A stretch of DNA of 64,000 bases from an uncultured Actinomycetota bacterium (GTDB taxonomy: Bacteria; Actinomycetota; Actinomycetes; Actinomycetales; Dermatophilaceae), in assembly GCA_963695205.1 (NCBI GenBank), contig CAVOGI010000002.1, positions 236,670-300,669 on the forward strand, written 5' to 3'. The notes beneath the pieces were generated by a model. The model was given only the letters and a program-made list of their open reading frames with translations. It was not told where the DNA came from and did no database searches. A program made the translations under genes and the position numbers. This document shows, in pieces, positions 49,643 through 61,054 of this stretch; within the stretch, counting starts at the first letter, position 1, and each line of letters starts with the position of its first letter.

Positions 49643-51646
49643 ATGACCGACACCCCAGGCACCTCTGTCTTCGCCCGTCTCGAGCCGCTGCTCGAGCAGG
49701 TCAGCAAGCCCATCCAGTACGTCGGCGGTGAGCTCAACTCGACGGTCAAGGACTGGGACTGCGGCGGGTTCGGCCCCGGGGGTGAGGCCCTCACCACGCG
49801 CTGGGCGCTGATGTACCCCGACGCCTACGAGGTGGGCGTGCCCAACCAGGGCGTCATGATCCTCTACGAAGTGCTCAACGAGCGCGACGACGCCCTCGCC
49901 GAGCGCACGTATGCCGTGTGGCCGGACCTCGAGGCCCTCATGCGTGAGTCGGGCGTGCCCCAGTTCACCGTGGACGCGCACCGCAGCATCCGCGACTTCG
50001 ACGTGCTGGGCATGTCGTTCTCCACCGAGCTCGGCTACACCAACATGCTCACCGCGCTCGACCTCGCGGGCATCCCGCTGCACGCGGTCGACCGCACCGA
50101 CGAGGACCCGCTGGTCATCGCCGGCGGGCACGCGGCCTTCAACCCCGAGCCGATCGCCGACTTCGTCGACGCCGCCATCGTCGGCGACGGCGAGGAGGCC
50201 GTGCTCGCGGTCACCGACCTCATCGGCGCGTGGAAGGCGCAGGGCATGCCGGGTGGTCGCCGCGAGCTGCTGCTGCGCCTCGCCCGCACGGGCGGTGTCT
50301 ACGTCCCGTCCCTCTACGACGTCTCCTACCTCCCGGACGGCCGCATCCAGCGTGTGGCCCCCAAGGCCGACGCCACCGGGGTGCCGTGGCGCGTCTCCAA
50401 GCACACCGTGATGGACCTCGACGCGTGGCCATACCCCAAGCAGCCCCTGGTGCCGCTCGCGGAGTCGGTCCACGAGCGGATGTCCGTCGAGATCTTCCGG
50501 GGCTGCACGCGCGGCTGCCGTTTCTGCCAGGCCGGCATGATCACGCGACCCGTGCGGGAGCGAAGCATCACCGGCATCGGCGAGATGGTGGAGCGAGGGC
50601 TCGCGGCGACGGGGTTCGAGGAGGTCGGCCTGCTGTCCCTGAGCTCGGCCGACCACTCCGAGATCGCCGACATCACCAAGGGGCTGGCCGACCGCTACGA
50701 CGGCACCCAGACGGGTCTGTCGCTGCCGTCGACCCGGGTCGACGCGTTCAACATCGACCTCGCGAACGAGCTCACCCGCAACGGTCGTCGCTCCGGCCTG
50801 ACCTTCGCCCCCGAGGGTGGCAGCGAGCGGATCCGCAAGGTCATCAACAAGATGGTGTCCGAGGAGGACCTCATCGGCACCGTCGCGGCTGCGTACGGTG
50901 CGGGCTGGCGCCAGGTGAAGCTCTACTTCATGTGCGGCCTGCCGACCGAGACCGACGAGGACGTCCTGCAGATCGCCGAGCTGGCCAAGAAGGTCATCGA
51001 GACCGGTCGCCAGGTCAGCGGTCGCCGCGACATCCGGTGCACCGTCTCCATCGGCGGGTTCGTGCCCAAGCCGCACACACCGTTCCAGTGGTGCGGACAG
51101 CTCGGCGCAGAGGAGACCGACGCTCGCCTGGCCAAGCTGCGCGAGGCCATCCGGTCCGACCGCCGCTACGGCTCGTCGATCGGATTCCGTTACCACGACG
51201 GCAAACCCGGCATCGTCGAAGGACTCCTGTCCCGTGGCGACCGCCGCGTCGGACGGGTCATCGAGCAGGTCTGGCGCGACGGCGGCCGGTTCGACGGCTG
51301 GAGCGAGCACTTCTCCTACGAGCGCTGGATGTCCGCGGCCGACGCCGCGCTGGCCGACCTGCCCGTGGACGTGGCCTGGTACACCACGCGTGACCGCGCC
51401 GAGTCCGAGGTGCTGCCCTGGGACCACATCGACTCCGGTCTGGACAAGGAGTGGCTGTGGGCCGACTGGCAGGACGCCCTCGACGAGACCGAGGTCGACG
51501 ACTGCCGCTGGACGCCCTGCTTCGACTGCGGTGTCTGCCCCCAGATGGGCACCGACATCGAGGTCGGCCCCACCGGCAAGACCTTGCTGCCCCTCACCGT
51601 CCTGGGCTCCGGCCGCGAGGCGATGCTGGAGGCACACACTCACTGA
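49643..51646 (+). CDS. TIGR03960-family B12-binding-like radical SAM protein
   Basis: KPIQYVGGE.N, YPDAYEVG, CxxxCxxC (GCTRGCRFC), TFAPE, KLYFM.GLP, FVPKPHTPFQW, C-terminal CRWTPCFDCGVC. Confidence 0.9.
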   Translation: MTDTPGTSVFARLEPLLEQVSKPIQYVGGELNSTVKDWDCGGFGPGGEALTTRWALMYPDAYEVGVPNQGVMILYEVLNERDDALAERTYAVWPDLEALMRESGVPQFTVDAHRSIRDFDVLGMSFSTELGYTNMLTALDLAGIPLHAVDRTDEDPLVIAGGHAAFNPEPIADFVDAAIVGDGEEAVLAVTDLIGAWKAQGMPGGRRELLLRLARTGGVYVPSLYDVSYLPDGRIQRVAPKADATGVPWRVSKHTVMDLDAWPYPKQPLVPLAESVHERMSVEIFRGCTRGCRFCQAGMITRPVRERSITGIGEMVERGLAATGFEEVGLLSLSSADHSEIADITKGLADRYDGTQTGLSLPSTRVDAFNIDLANELTRNGRRSGLTFAPEGGSERIRKVINKMVSEEDLIGTVAAAYGAGWRQVKLYFMCGLPTETDEDVLQIAELAKKVIETGRQVSGRRDIRCTVSIGGFVPKPHTPFQWCGQLGAEETDARLAKLREAIRSDRRYGSSIGFRYHDGKPGIVEGLLSRGDRRVGRVIEQVWRDGGRFDGWSEHFSYERWMSAADAALADLPVDVAWYTTRDRAESEVLPWDHIDSGLDKEWLWADWQDALDETEVDDCRWTPCFDCGVCPQMGTDIEVGPTGKTLLPLTVLGSGREAMLEAHTH

Positions 51647-51971
51647 GTGGGGGCTGAGCGGGCGCCGGAGATCGGTGACATTTGTCATCGCAGCCGCATC
51701 TGCCCGCGGTGTCGAATGGGTACTGCCAGCAAGGGTCGCTCACATCGGCCCCCAACGGCAGGCGTGGTGCATGCGGTCGTCTCCTCCAGACCGCACACCC
51801 GTCGGTGGGACGGCCCCTTCACCGCCCCACCGGTGAGTGCCTCGGAACGCTCGTGCGGAGAGCTCTGAGGACAGCCGCCCGTTCACCCAGGCCCTCGGGC
51901 CATGGGTGAACGGGCGGCAAACCTCTGTCCGGGGCCGATGCTACCGATCTGGTGCACGTTGACCGCCGACC

Positions 51972-52595
51972 TCAGGTCATCGACTCCTTGCGCATGGCGC
52001 TCGCGAACCAGGGGGCGTGCAGGTCGAGGTAGCGCAGGTCGGACATGGCCGCCATCTGCTCCTCCCACGCCTGACGGGCGTCCTCGGGCATGGGCGTCAC
52101 CTCACCGGCCCGGGCCTCGGCCTCGCTGCGGAAGGCCACGGTCTCGGTGAACCAGCCGTCCGGCTCGAGGGCGATCGTGCCGCCGATGATCTCGGGCCGC
52201 TGCTCGTGCAGGGCGTCCATCGGCTGCTCCATGAAGCTGCGGAACTTCATGGGGTCGGCGACCCGGCCCTGCATGACCTGGACGAACCCGGCGTCGTCCG
52301 ACCCGCCGTCGAGGAACATCATCGCGTCGTCGCAGTCGTGGAAGGTCACCTCGCCGTCGAAGCACGCCTTCATGCGTTGGAACCACTCGCCCTGTTCCGG
52401 CTTGGTGGAGTTCCTGGCCGCAGCCTCCCTGCTCTCGAACCGCACCACGCCGACGAACTCGCCGTCGTCGGTGATGCCGTAGGTCCCGCCGAGCCAACCC
52501 TCGGCCGTCTTGCCCATCGTCTCGCGCCACTCGTCGCTCAGCCGGTGCACCTGCTCGGCGTCCCGGCACTTTCCTTGGATGATCTGGATGAACAC
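51972..52595 (-). CDS. Hypothetical protein with an internal tandem duplication (ABM-like dimeric alpha-beta barrel)
   Basis: Halves FIQIIQGK..GWLGGT..DG.F..VVRFES and FVQVMQGR..IIGGT..DGWF..TVAFRS; SD ggaggg. Confidence 0.65.
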   Translation of the reverse strand: MFIQIIQGKCRDAEQVHRLSDEWRETMGKTAEGWLGGTYGITDDGEFVGVVRFESREAAARNSTKPEQGEWFQRMKACFDGEVTFHDCDDAMMFLDGGSDDAGFVQVMQGRVADPMKFRSFMEQPMDALHEQRPEIIGGTIALEPDGWFTETVAFRSEAEARAGEVTPMPEDARQAWEEQMAAMSDLRYLDLHAPWFASAMRKESMT

Positions 52596-52801
52596 CTCTG
52601 AACCCTCCGCTTCTCTGGAAGGGGCCGCTTCGTGCTGAAGTGGTCCGCCTCCCGACGCTACGCCGGGCCCACGGAGGCGTCACCGGACATACCGGGCCGT
52701 GCGCCCAGCGGTTCGACGACCGGTGGAGGGCGCTGGGTCTGGCTGCGACTGGAGGCGGGGACGGGCGGTAGCGACGGGCGGAGTGGACGGGTGGGGCAGG
52801 C

Positions 52802-54169
52802 TCACGCGAAGAGGGCGCCGACCACCTCGCGGAAGACCTCGGTGTGCCGGTCGACGTCGGCGCGCGAGGTCTCCGGGCACATGAGTGCCATGTTGTGGAA
52901 CGGCGTCATCAGCACGCCGCGGTTGCACAGGGCGAGGTGCAGGTAGGCGTCGAGCTCGTCGTCGGCCGCGGCCGCGGACTCCTCGCCGTTGCGGGGTGCC
53001 GGACGGGTGAAGCGGTACTCGGCGCGGGCGCCCAGCTGGGCGACCGACCACGGCACGTCGAGCTCGTCGAAGGTCGCCTGCACCCCCGCCGTGAACGCGG
53101 TGGCCAGCTCGACCATGTGGTCGAACGCCTCCTGCGTCAGCACCTCACCCAGCGTCGCGCGCATCGCGGCGGTCGACAGCGCGTTGCCGGCCAGGGTGCC
53201 CCCGACACCGCCGACGTCGACGATGTCGGCGTCCCCGGCGTCGGTATGGCGTGTCACGGCGGCCGCCACCTCCCGGCTGATCCCGTAGGCACCACAGGGG
53301 ATCCCGCCGCCGATGGACTTGCCGATGACGAAGATGTCGGGCTCCAGGCCCCACTCACGGGTCGCGCCACCCCACCCGGCAGAGAAGGTGTGGGTCTCGT
53401 CGATGAGCAGGAGCGCACCGTGCTCGGTCGCGAGCTCGCGCACCCGCTCGAGGAAGCCGTCCTCGGGCAGGACGATCCCGATGTTCGTCAGGGCGGGTTC
53501 GGTGAGGATGACCGCGACGTCACCGTGGGCGAGGGCTGCCTCGACGGACTCGATGTCGTTCCACGTCGCGACCCGGGTGGTCAGGTCGAGGTCCACGGGA
53601 GGGGCGACGTTGCCGGGGCGGCTCTGGGCCTTGCCCTCGGGGCCGGGCAGGGCGAAGGCCTCGTCGACCGAGCCGTGGTAGCAGTAGGCGAAGACCAGCA
53701 CCTTGGGCTTGCCCGTCGCGAGGCGGGCCAGTCGGATGGCCCACCGGTTCGCGTCGGTGGCCGACAGGGTGAAGCTCCACAGCGGCATACCGAAGCGTCG
53801 CTCCAGCTCGGCACCCACCCACTGGGCGTCGGCGGTCGGCAGCATCGTCGTCATGCCGCCGAGCTCACCCGCGCGCTGCTGCACCGCCTTGACGGTGGGT
53901 GCGGGGGAGTGGCCGGCCATCGCTCCGGTGTCGCCGAGGGCGAAGTCGACGTAGGTGTGGCCGTCGACGTCGGTCACCCGGTTGCCCGTCGCGTGGTCGA
54001 GGTAGAGGGGGAACCCGCCCGTCCACATGTTCATCCAGGTCATCGGCACCCGGCCGAAGAGGTTGTCCGCCTGCTCGAAGAGGGCACGGCTCTGCGGGTG
54101 GTTCGTCGTGTATGCCGCCTGCTCGTCCGCGAGGAGGGAGGCCAGTCGGGAGCGGTCCAGGGTTGCCAT
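52802..54169 (-). CDS. Class-III PLP aminotransferase (glutamate-1-semialdehyde aminomutase-like)
   Basis: DVDGHTYVDF, SATDANR, YHG, EPALTN, LIDETHT, GKSIGGG, GGTLAGN. Confidence 0.88.
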   Translation of the reverse strand: MATLDRSRLASLLADEQAAYTTNHPQSRALFEQADNLFGRVPMTWMNMWTGGFPLYLDHATGNRVTDVDGHTYVDFALGDTGAMAGHSPAPTVKAVQQRAGELGGMTTMLPTADAQWVGAELERRFGMPLWSFTLSATDANRWAIRLARLATGKPKVLVFAYCYHGSVDEAFALPGPEGKAQSRPGNVAPPVDLDLTTRVATWNDIESVEAALAHGDVAVILTEPALTNIGIVLPEDGFLERVRELATEHGALLLIDETHTFSAGWGGATREWGLEPDIFVIGKSIGGGIPCGAYGISREVAAAVTRHTDAGDADIVDVGGVGGTLAGNALSTAAMRATLGEVLTQEAFDHMVELATAFTAGVQATFDELDVPWSVAQLGARAEYRFTRPAPRNGEESAAAADDELDAYLHLALCNRGVLMTPFHNMALMCPETSRADVDRHTEVFREVVGALFA

Positions 54170-54254
54170 GGTCCAACGCTAGAGGTCCGTTCGGAGGTGC
54201 GGCAGGGGAGTGCGGATTCCGTAGGTGGTGGGCCTCGCCCTAGGCTTGCCGACC

Positions 54255-55007
54255 ATGGCTCGACAGCGCGTACCCGAAGGCCCGCCCCCCGCCCCTGCGG
54301 TGATGAAGCTGAGGATCAGGTACGCCAAGCGTGGCCGTCTGAGGTTCTCCTCGACCCGTGACTTCCAGCGGGCCCTGGAGCGGGCGCTGCGCCGGGCCGG
54401 GGTGCCGATGGCGTTCTCCGCCGGGTTCCACCCGCACCCCAAGGTCAGCTACGCGAACGCGGCACCGACGGGCACCGCCAGCGAGGCCGAGTACTTCGAG
54501 ATCTCGGTGACCGAGCGGGTCGACACCGAGTCGCTGCGGACCGCCCTGGACGAGGCGCTGCCCGACGGGCTCGACGTCCTCGAGGTGGTCGAGGCCGCGC
54601 CGGGTTCGCTCGCCGACCGGCTGCAGGCCAGTGACTGGGTCATCGAGTTCCGCGGCGTCCCGCTCGAGGACGTCAGGGCCGCCGCCGACGAGCTGCTGGC
54701 CCGTGACCGCGTCGAGGTCAGCCGCACCTTCAAGACGGGCCCGCGGACCTTCGACGTGAGATCCGCCGTCGTGTCGTTGGACGTCAGCGCCTCTGAGGAG
54801 GCCGACTGTGCGATACTGCGGGTGGTCGTACGGCACACCACACCGGCCGTACGTCCCGACGACGTCCTGACCGCGCTGCGAGCAGTAACGGAGCTGGCAC
54901 CACCGACACCACCCCTGGTGACCCGACTGGCGCAAGGCCCCCTGCACTCCGCAACCGCTGGGGTGGCTGATCCACTGGCTGCCGACCAGAACGACGCCGG
55001 CGCCTGA
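54255..55007 (+). CDS. TIGR03936-family radical SAM-linked protein (DUF2344)
   Basis: [42 protein letters not shown]. Confidence 0.88.
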   Translation: MARQRVPEGPPPAPAVMKLRIRYAKRGRLRFSSTRDFQRALERALRRAGVPMAFSAGFHPHPKVSYANAAPTGTASEAEYFEISVTERVDTESLRTALDEALPDGLDVLEVVEAAPGSLADRLQASDWVIEFRGVPLEDVRAAADELLARDRVEVSRTFKTGPRTFDVRSAVVSLDVSASEEADCAILRVVVRHTTPAVRPDDVLTALRAVTELAPPTPPLVTRLAQGPLHSATAGVADPLAADQNDAGA

Positions 55008-55182
55008 CCCGGTGCCGCGCGACCTGCGCGAGCCTCGTCGGACGTAAGCCAAACGACTTCCGTGTCGACAGCACCCGTTGCCGACACGACTGCACGCACC
55101 GCGCACCACGTGGCTGATCGGAAGGCCCTCCTGGGACCTTCGGGTGTGGCCCTCGCCTCGTGGGTGACGGAAGGGCGCCGAG

Positions 55183-58100
55183 ATGGCCTCCACGGAAGAC
55201 CAGTTCCCCACCACCGAAGGCACCGACGGCTCGGGCAACGCCCCGGCTGGCGAGACCGCAGCCCAGGGCACTGACGCGCAGGCGTCTGAGGGCGTCGCCG
55301 CCAAGGCGCCGGCCCGCAAGCGAGCCCCACGCCGTGCCACGAAGAAGGCCTCTGCTCCCGCTCCGGTGGACGAGCACGCCGCCTCCGCGGTCGAGGCGGC
55401 CCCGATCGAGCCCGCGGCCATCGAGGTCGTGAGCGTCGGGGCCGGCGACAGCAGCGACGCGACCGGCATCCCTGCTGCTGCCACCGGCGAGGACCCCACC
55501 GGGGCTGCGGCCCCGGCCAAGAAGGCCGCGAAGAAGGCTGCCGTCAAGAAGACCGCCAAGAAGGCCGCCACCAAGCGCACCGCCAAGAAGGCCACGACAG
55601 CCCCCACCGAGACGGGTGCCGCCGTCCTCGACGAGGGCGCGATGGACCTGCCCACCGATACCGGCCTGACGGCGACGGCCCCGGCCACCGAGGCCTCCAC
55701 CGAGTCCTCCACCAGCTCCTCCCTGGCCCCGGCGGATCCGGTCCTCCCGGCCGTATCCGAGGACGCGAGCGCCGAGGACACCGACGAGGAGGCCGAGGCG
55801 GCCGCAGCTGCCGAGGCCGCTGCCGCAGCCGCGGTCCCCAGCTTCGGGCTGCTCTTCCAGGCCCCGGACCCGGCCAAGGCGGCCCCGCGCCGTCGCCGGG
55901 CCAGCAGTGCCGCGGGCGCCCCGGCTCCTGCCGCGCCGGCGCAGCAGACCCCGGTCGCCGAGCCCGACCCGGCGCAGTCGAGCGACCGGGCCGAGGACGC
56001 CACGACCGACGGCGTCCAGGACGCGACCGACGACGCCGCGCAGGCAGACCAGCCGACTCCCTCGCGGCGCAGCCGTGGGCGTGGCCGTGGCCGGGGCTCA
56101 CGCGGTGCTGCCACCGAGGCGACCGAGACCGCTCGCGACGACGAGCAGTCCGACGACCAGGACAGCGCCTCGACCGACACCGACACCGACGCGGGTGACG
56201 ACGAGTCGTCGTCCGAGGGTGGTCGTCGTCGCCGTCGCCGTGGCGGCAAGGGCCGGGGCCGCGGCCGTGGCCCGGTCGACGCCGACAGCACCGACTCCTC
56301 CGACTCCGACACCTCGGACGACGACACCGACGAGCCGTCGTCCACCGGACCGGACACCGACGACGACCAGGGTGACTCCGAGAGCACCTCGAGCCGTCGC
56401 CGCCGTCGTCGCCGCCGCAGCGGGTCCTCGGCCGACAGCGACGACCCGCCCGGCACGGTGACCAAGGTCCGCGAGGCCCGCCGCCAGAACGACGAGCCGC
56501 AGAGCGTCAAGGGCTCGACCCGGCTCGAGGCCAAGAAGCAGCGTCGTCGCGAGGGCCGTGAGGCCGGCCGTCGCCGCACGATCATCACCGAGGCGGAGTT
56601 CCTGGCCCGCCGCGAGAGCGTCGAGCGGGTCATGGTGGTCCGCGAGCGCGAGGGCCGCACCCAGATCGGTGTCCTCGAGGACGACGTCCTCGTCGAGCAC
56701 TACGTCTCCCGCGAGACCAACGTGTCGATGGCCGGCAACATCTACCTCGGCCGCGTGCAGAACGTGCTGCCCTCGATGGAGGCCGCCTTCGTCGACATCG
56801 GCAAGGGACGCAACGCCGTTCTGTACGCGGGTGAGGTCAACTGGGATGCCGCGGGCCTGGACAACAACGCGCCCAAGCGCATCGAGAACGCGCTCAAGTC
56901 GGGTGACTCCGTGCTCGTGCAGGTCACCAAGGACCCGATCGGCCACAAGGGTGCCCGCCTGACCAGCCAGATCTCGCTGCCGGGCCGCTACCTGGTCTAC
57001 GTGCCCGAGGGCAGCATGACGGGCATCTCCCGCAAGCTCCCGGACACCGAGCGTGGCCGCCTCAAGGGCATCCTCAAGGAGGTCGTGCCGGACCGTGCGG
57101 GTGTCATCGTGCGCACCGCTGCCGAGGGGGCGAGCGAGGAGGAGCTGCGCGCCGACGTCGAGCGGCTGACCCAGACCTGGGAGAAGATCAAGGCCAAGGC
57201 CGACTCCAAGTCCGGCGGCAAGGGCAAGGGCGCCGCCCCGGTCCTCGTCCACGGGGAGCCCGACCTCACCGTCCGCGTCATCCGCGACGTCTTCAACGAG
57301 GACTTCACGTCCTTGGTGGTGGCCGGTGACCAGGCGTACGGCGAGGTCGGCGACTACCTCGGCGACGTCGCCCCCGACCTGGCCGAGCGACTGCACAAGT
57401 GGACCTCCGAGGAGGACCTGTTCACCCACTACCGGGTGGACGAGCAGATCGCCAAGGCCATGGACCGCAAGGTCTGGCTGCCCTCCGGTGGCTCCCTGGT
57501 CATCGACCGCACCGAGGCGATGACGGTCGTCGACGTCAACACCGGCAAGTTCGTCGGCTCGGGGGGCAACCTCGAGGAGACGGTCACCAAGAACAACATC
57601 GAGGCGGCCGAGGAGATCGTGCGACAGCTCCGGCTGCGCGACATCGGCGGCATCATCGTCATCGACTTCATCGACATGGTCCTGGAGAGCAACCGCGACC
57701 TCGTGGTGCGGCGCCTCCTCGAGTGCCTGGGTCGGGACCGCACCAAGCACCAGGTCGCCGAGGTCACCTCGCTCGGCCTGGTCCAGATGACGCGCAAGCG
57801 CGTGGGCTCCGGCCTCATCGAGGTGTTCTCCGAGAACTGCGAGCACTGCGGCGGTCGCGGGATCATCGTGCACGCCGACCCGGTCGACAAGTCGTCCGGT
57901 GACCACGGTGGCTCGTCCTCCGGTGGTCCGGCCCAGCGCAGCGGCTCGGCCGGCGCAGGCGGCGGCAGCACGCGCAGCCGTCGAGGCGGGCGTTCCGGTG
58001 ACGGCGAGGGCGTGCGCAGCGGACAGTCGCAGGGCGGTCAGGGTTCCGCGGGCGGGCAGGGCACGGAGGCCGGGACCCCGGTGCACTCCGGCCCCACCCC

Positions 58101-58536
58101 GGCCCAGATCGCCGCTGCCGCCCACGCCGCCGCGCTGAAGTCGGCGGGGGAGCACCATGACGAGGACGCCCTGCTGGCCGTGCCGGCGCAGGACGAGCCC
58201 GTGGTCGAGGTGCGCGAGGCCAACAACCAGGACGCCGGCGCCGCGATCGAGACCGCGACGCCTGAGGTGACCGAGACCCAGACCGCCGAGGTCGAGACCG
58301 CCGAGGCCGCGCTGCAGGAGGCTGCGCCCGTCGTGCAGGAGGCACCTGATGCCGCGCCGGCACAGGCACCTGCTGCCGCCGCGGAGCCGACGACCGCGCC
58401 GGCCGCCGAGGTGGCCGAACCGGCTGCCGCAGCCGCCCCCAAGCGTCGTCGCCGCGGCCGGGTCGTCGCCCCGGCAGGACCGCCGCGGCCGGTCGGTGAC
58501 GAGGCTCCTGCCGGCGCAGCAGCGTCCGACTCCTGA
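55183..58536 (+). CDS. rne: Ribonuclease E/G with long disordered N- and C-terminal arms
   Basis: [75 protein letters not shown]. Confidence 0.95.
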   Translation: MASTEDQFPTTEGTDGSGNAPAGETAAQGTDAQASEGVAAKAPARKRAPRRATKKASAPAPVDEHAASAVEAAPIEPAAIEVVSVGAGDSSDATGIPAAATGEDPTGAAAPAKKAAKKAAVKKTAKKAATKRTAKKATTAPTETGAAVLDEGAMDLPTDTGLTATAPATEASTESSTSSSLAPADPVLPAVSEDASAEDTDEEAEAAAAAEAAAAAAVPSFGLLFQAPDPAKAAPRRRRASSAAGAPAPAAPAQQTPVAEPDPAQSSDRAEDATTDGVQDATDDAAQADQPTPSRRSRGRGRGRGSRGAATEATETARDDEQSDDQDSASTDTDTDAGDDESSSEGGRRRRRRGGKGRGRGRGPVDADSTDSSDSDTSDDDTDEPSSTGPDTDDDQGDSESTSSRRRRRRRRSGSSADSDDPPGTVTKVREARRQNDEPQSVKGSTRLEAKKQRRREGREAGRRRTIITEAEFLARRESVERVMVVREREGRTQIGVLEDDVLVEHYVSRETNVSMAGNIYLGRVQNVLPSMEAAFVDIGKGRNAVLYAGEVNWDAAGLDNNAPKRIENALKSGDSVLVQVTKDPIGHKGARLTSQISLPGRYLVYVPEGSMTGISRKLPDTERGRLKGILKEVVPDRAGVIVRTAAEGASEEELRADVERLTQTWEKIKAKADSKSGGKGKGAAPVLVHGEPDLTVRVIRDVFNEDFTSLVVAGDQAYGEVGDYLGDVAPDLAERLHKWTSEEDLFTHYRVDEQIAKAMDRKVWLPSGGSLVIDRTEAMTVVDVNTGKFVGSGGNLEETVTKNNIEAAEEIVRQLRLRDIGGIIVIDFIDMVLESNRDLVVRRLLECLGRDRTKHQVAEVTSLGLVQMTRKRVGSGLIEVFSENCEHCGGRGIIVHADPVDKSSGDHGGSSSGGPAQRSGSAGAGGGSTRSRRGGRSGDGEGVRSGQSQGGQGSAGGQGTEAGTPVHSGPTPAQIAAAAHAAALKSAGEHHDEDALLAVPAQDEPVVEVREANNQDAGAAIETATPEVTETQTAEVETAEAALQEAAPVVQEAPDAAPAQAPAAAAEPTTAPAAEVAEPAAAAAPKRRRRGRVVAPAGPPRPVGDEAPAGAAASDS

Positions 58537-58549
58537 TCGGGACCGGTCA

Positions 58550-58579
58550 GCCCTGCCGAGCCGGTTTGGTCGGCAGGGC
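58550..58579 (+). terminator. Hairpin after rne
   Basis: gccctgccga / tcggcagggc 10-bp stem. Confidence 0.5.
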
Positions 58580-58714
58580 AACCACCCGGTATTCTCAGGC
58601 CTTGGTGCGCCCACCGCTCTGATGTCCGTGTCTCGACCCAGGTCGAGCTCGGGTAGCTATCGGACGGTCCAGACAGAGAGCGCGTGCCTCCCGAAGTACG
58701 AAAGAGAGTTCCAC

Positions 58715-59023
58715 GTGTACGCGATTGTTCGCGCTGGTGGTCGCCAGGAGAAGGTTTCCGTCGGCGACGTCCTCATCATCGACAAGGTCAAGGGCAAGGC
58801 CGGCGACAGCATCGACCTGACCCCGCTGCTCCTCGTTGACGGCTCGACCGTGACCAGCGACGCCGCCAAGCTCGCCAAGGTCACCGTCACGGCCGAGGTC
58901 GTGAAGCCCGCCAAGGGCCCGAAGATCACGATCATGAAGTTCAAGAACAAGACGGGCTACCGCAAGCGTCAGGGCCACCGTCAGCACCTGACCCAGGTCA
59001 AGATCACCTCGATCGACGCCTGA
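58715..59023 (+). CDS. rplU: 50S ribosomal protein L21
   Basis: [30 protein letters not shown]. Confidence 0.97.
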   Translation: MYAIVRAGGRQEKVSVGDVLIIDKVKGKAGDSIDLTPLLLVDGSTVTSDAAKLAKVTVTAEVVKPAKGPKITIMKFKNKTGYRKRQGHRQHLTQVKITSIDA

Positions 59024-59074
59024 GTCGGCGACCCTTTTCGGATCCCAGAGACTTAGCAGAAGGTAGGCACTGAC

Positions 59075-59344
59075 ATGGCACACAAGAAGGGTGCGTCCTC
59101 GACCCGCAACGGTCGCGACTCCAACTCCCAGCGACTCGGCGTGAAGCGCTTCGGCGGCCAGCTCGTCAACGCGGGCGAGATCATCGTCCGCCAGCGCGGC
59201 ACGCACTTCCACCCCGGTGAGGGCGTCGGCCGTGGCAGGGACGACACGCTGTTCGCGCTCGTCGCCGGCAACGTGGAGTTCGGCACGAAGCGTCGCCGCA
59301 AGGTCGTCAACATCGTCCCGCTCGAGACCGCGGACGCCAGCTGA
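59075..59344 (+). CDS. rpmA: 50S ribosomal protein L27
   Basis: [26 protein letters not shown]. Confidence 0.98.
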   Translation: MAHKKGASSTRNGRDSNSQRLGVKRFGGQLVNAGEIIVRQRGTHFHPGEGVGRGRDDTLFALVAGNVEFGTKRRRKVVNIVPLETADAS

Positions 59345-59386
59345 CTTTCGGTATGCCGCGTGGCCCGGCCACGCTCCATACCTCCT

Positions 59387-59420
59387 GAAGGGGGCGGGCC
59401 TGACCAGGCCCGCCCCCTTC
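59387..59420 (+). terminator. 15-bp hairpin after rpmA
   Basis: gaagggggcgggcct-gacc-aggcccgcccccttc followed by tgtcgtt. Confidence 0.7.
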
Positions 59421-59503
59421 TGTCGTTCGCCACGGCGCACGACCCCCAGCACGTCCCCTCCCAGACTCGGGGACGGCCCGACCAGATCAGAGAGAAGAGC
59501 CCC

Positions 59504-61054
59504 ATGACCAGCTTCGTCGACCGCGTCGTGCTGCACGTCGCCGCGGGCGACGGTGGCCACGGCGTCGCTTCCGTCAAGCGTGAGAAGTTCAAGCCCCTCG
59601 GTGGACCCGACGGCGGCAACGGTGGTCGCGGCGGCGACGTCATCCTGCGGGTCGACCCCCAGGCGACGACGCTGCTCGACTACCACCACCACCCCCACCG
59701 CAAGGCGACCAACGGCAAGCCCGGCGCCGGTGACGAGCGCAACGGCGCCGACGGCGACGACCTGGTCCTGCCCGTCCCGCCGGCACCGTCGTCAAGGACG
59801 GCGACGGCAACGTCCTCGCCGACCTCGTCGGCCAGGACGCGGAGTTCGTCGCGGCCCGGGGTGGCCGTGGCGGCCTGGGCAACAAGGCGCTCTCGTCGGC
59901 CCGGCGCAAGGCGCCCGGCTTCGCGCTGCTCGGCGAGCCCGGCGACTCCGGCGACATCGTGCTCGAGCTCAAGTCGCTCGCCGACGTCGCCCTCATCGGC
60001 TTCCCCTCGGCCGGCAAGTCCTCGCTGGTCTCGGTGCTGTCGGCGGCCCGGCCCAAGATCGCCGACTACCCGTTCACGACGCTGGTGCCCAACCTCGGCG
60101 TGGTGCAGGCGGGCGAGTTCCGGTTCACCGTCGCCGACGTGCCCGGGCTGATCCCCGGCGCGAGCCAGGGCAAGGGGCTCGGGCTGGAGTTCCTGCGCCA
60201 CGTCGAGCGCTGCTCGGTGCTCGTCCACGTCATCGACTGCGCGACGCTCGAGCCCGGTCGCGACCCGATGACCGACCTCGACGTCATCGAGGAGGAGCTC
60301 GCGCAGTACGTCCCCGACGAGACCCTCGGTGGCCGCCCGCTGGCCGAGCGCACCCGCGTCGTCGTCCTCAACAAGGCCGACGTCCCCGAGGCGCGCGAGC
60401 TGGCCGAGATGGTCAAGCCCGACCTCGAGGCGCGCGGCATCGAGGTCTTCGTCGTCTCCGCGGTGGCCCACACCGGGCTGCGCGAGCTGACCTTCGCCCT
60501 GGCCCGCCACGTCGGCGAGGCCCGCGCGGAGCTGGAGATCGCCACGGCGTTCCCCAGCGCGTCGTCCTGCGGCCCGAAGCCGTCGACGACAGCGGCTTCA
60601 GGATCGTGCGCGAGAACACCCCCGACGGCGAGGTCTTCCGCATCGACGGCGAGCGCCCGACCCGCTGGGTGCGCCAGACCGACTTCTGCAACGACGAGGC
60701 CGTCGGCTACCTCGCCGACCGGCTCGGCCGGCTCGGCGTCGAGGAGGCGCTCTTCAAGGCCGGGGCGGTCGCCGGCGCCACGGTGCTCATCGGGCCCGCG
60801 GACAACGCGGTCGTCTTCGACTGGGAGCCGACCCTCATCGCCGGCGCCGAGCTGCTCGGCCAGCGCGGCACCGACCTGCGCCTCGAGGAGGCCACGCGTC
60901 CCACCCGCGAGGAGAAGCGCGCCGACTACGCCGACCGCCGCGCCGCCCGCACGGCCGCCCGCGCGGAGCTGGCGGCCGAGCGCAAGGCCGGCCACTGGGC
61001 GACGGCCGGCGAGGACGTCGAGGACTCCGAGGACTCCAGGGCTCACAGGGATGA
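59504..61054 (+). CDS. obgE: GTPase ObgE/CgtA, frameshifted; end approximate
   Basis: [62 protein letters not shown]. Confidence 0.96.

Noticed and set aside
55008-55182. Structured rne 5' leader as an autoregulatory element
   Set aside because: Only one modest stem (cgtgtcg / cgacacg) is visible, which cannot be supported without alignments.
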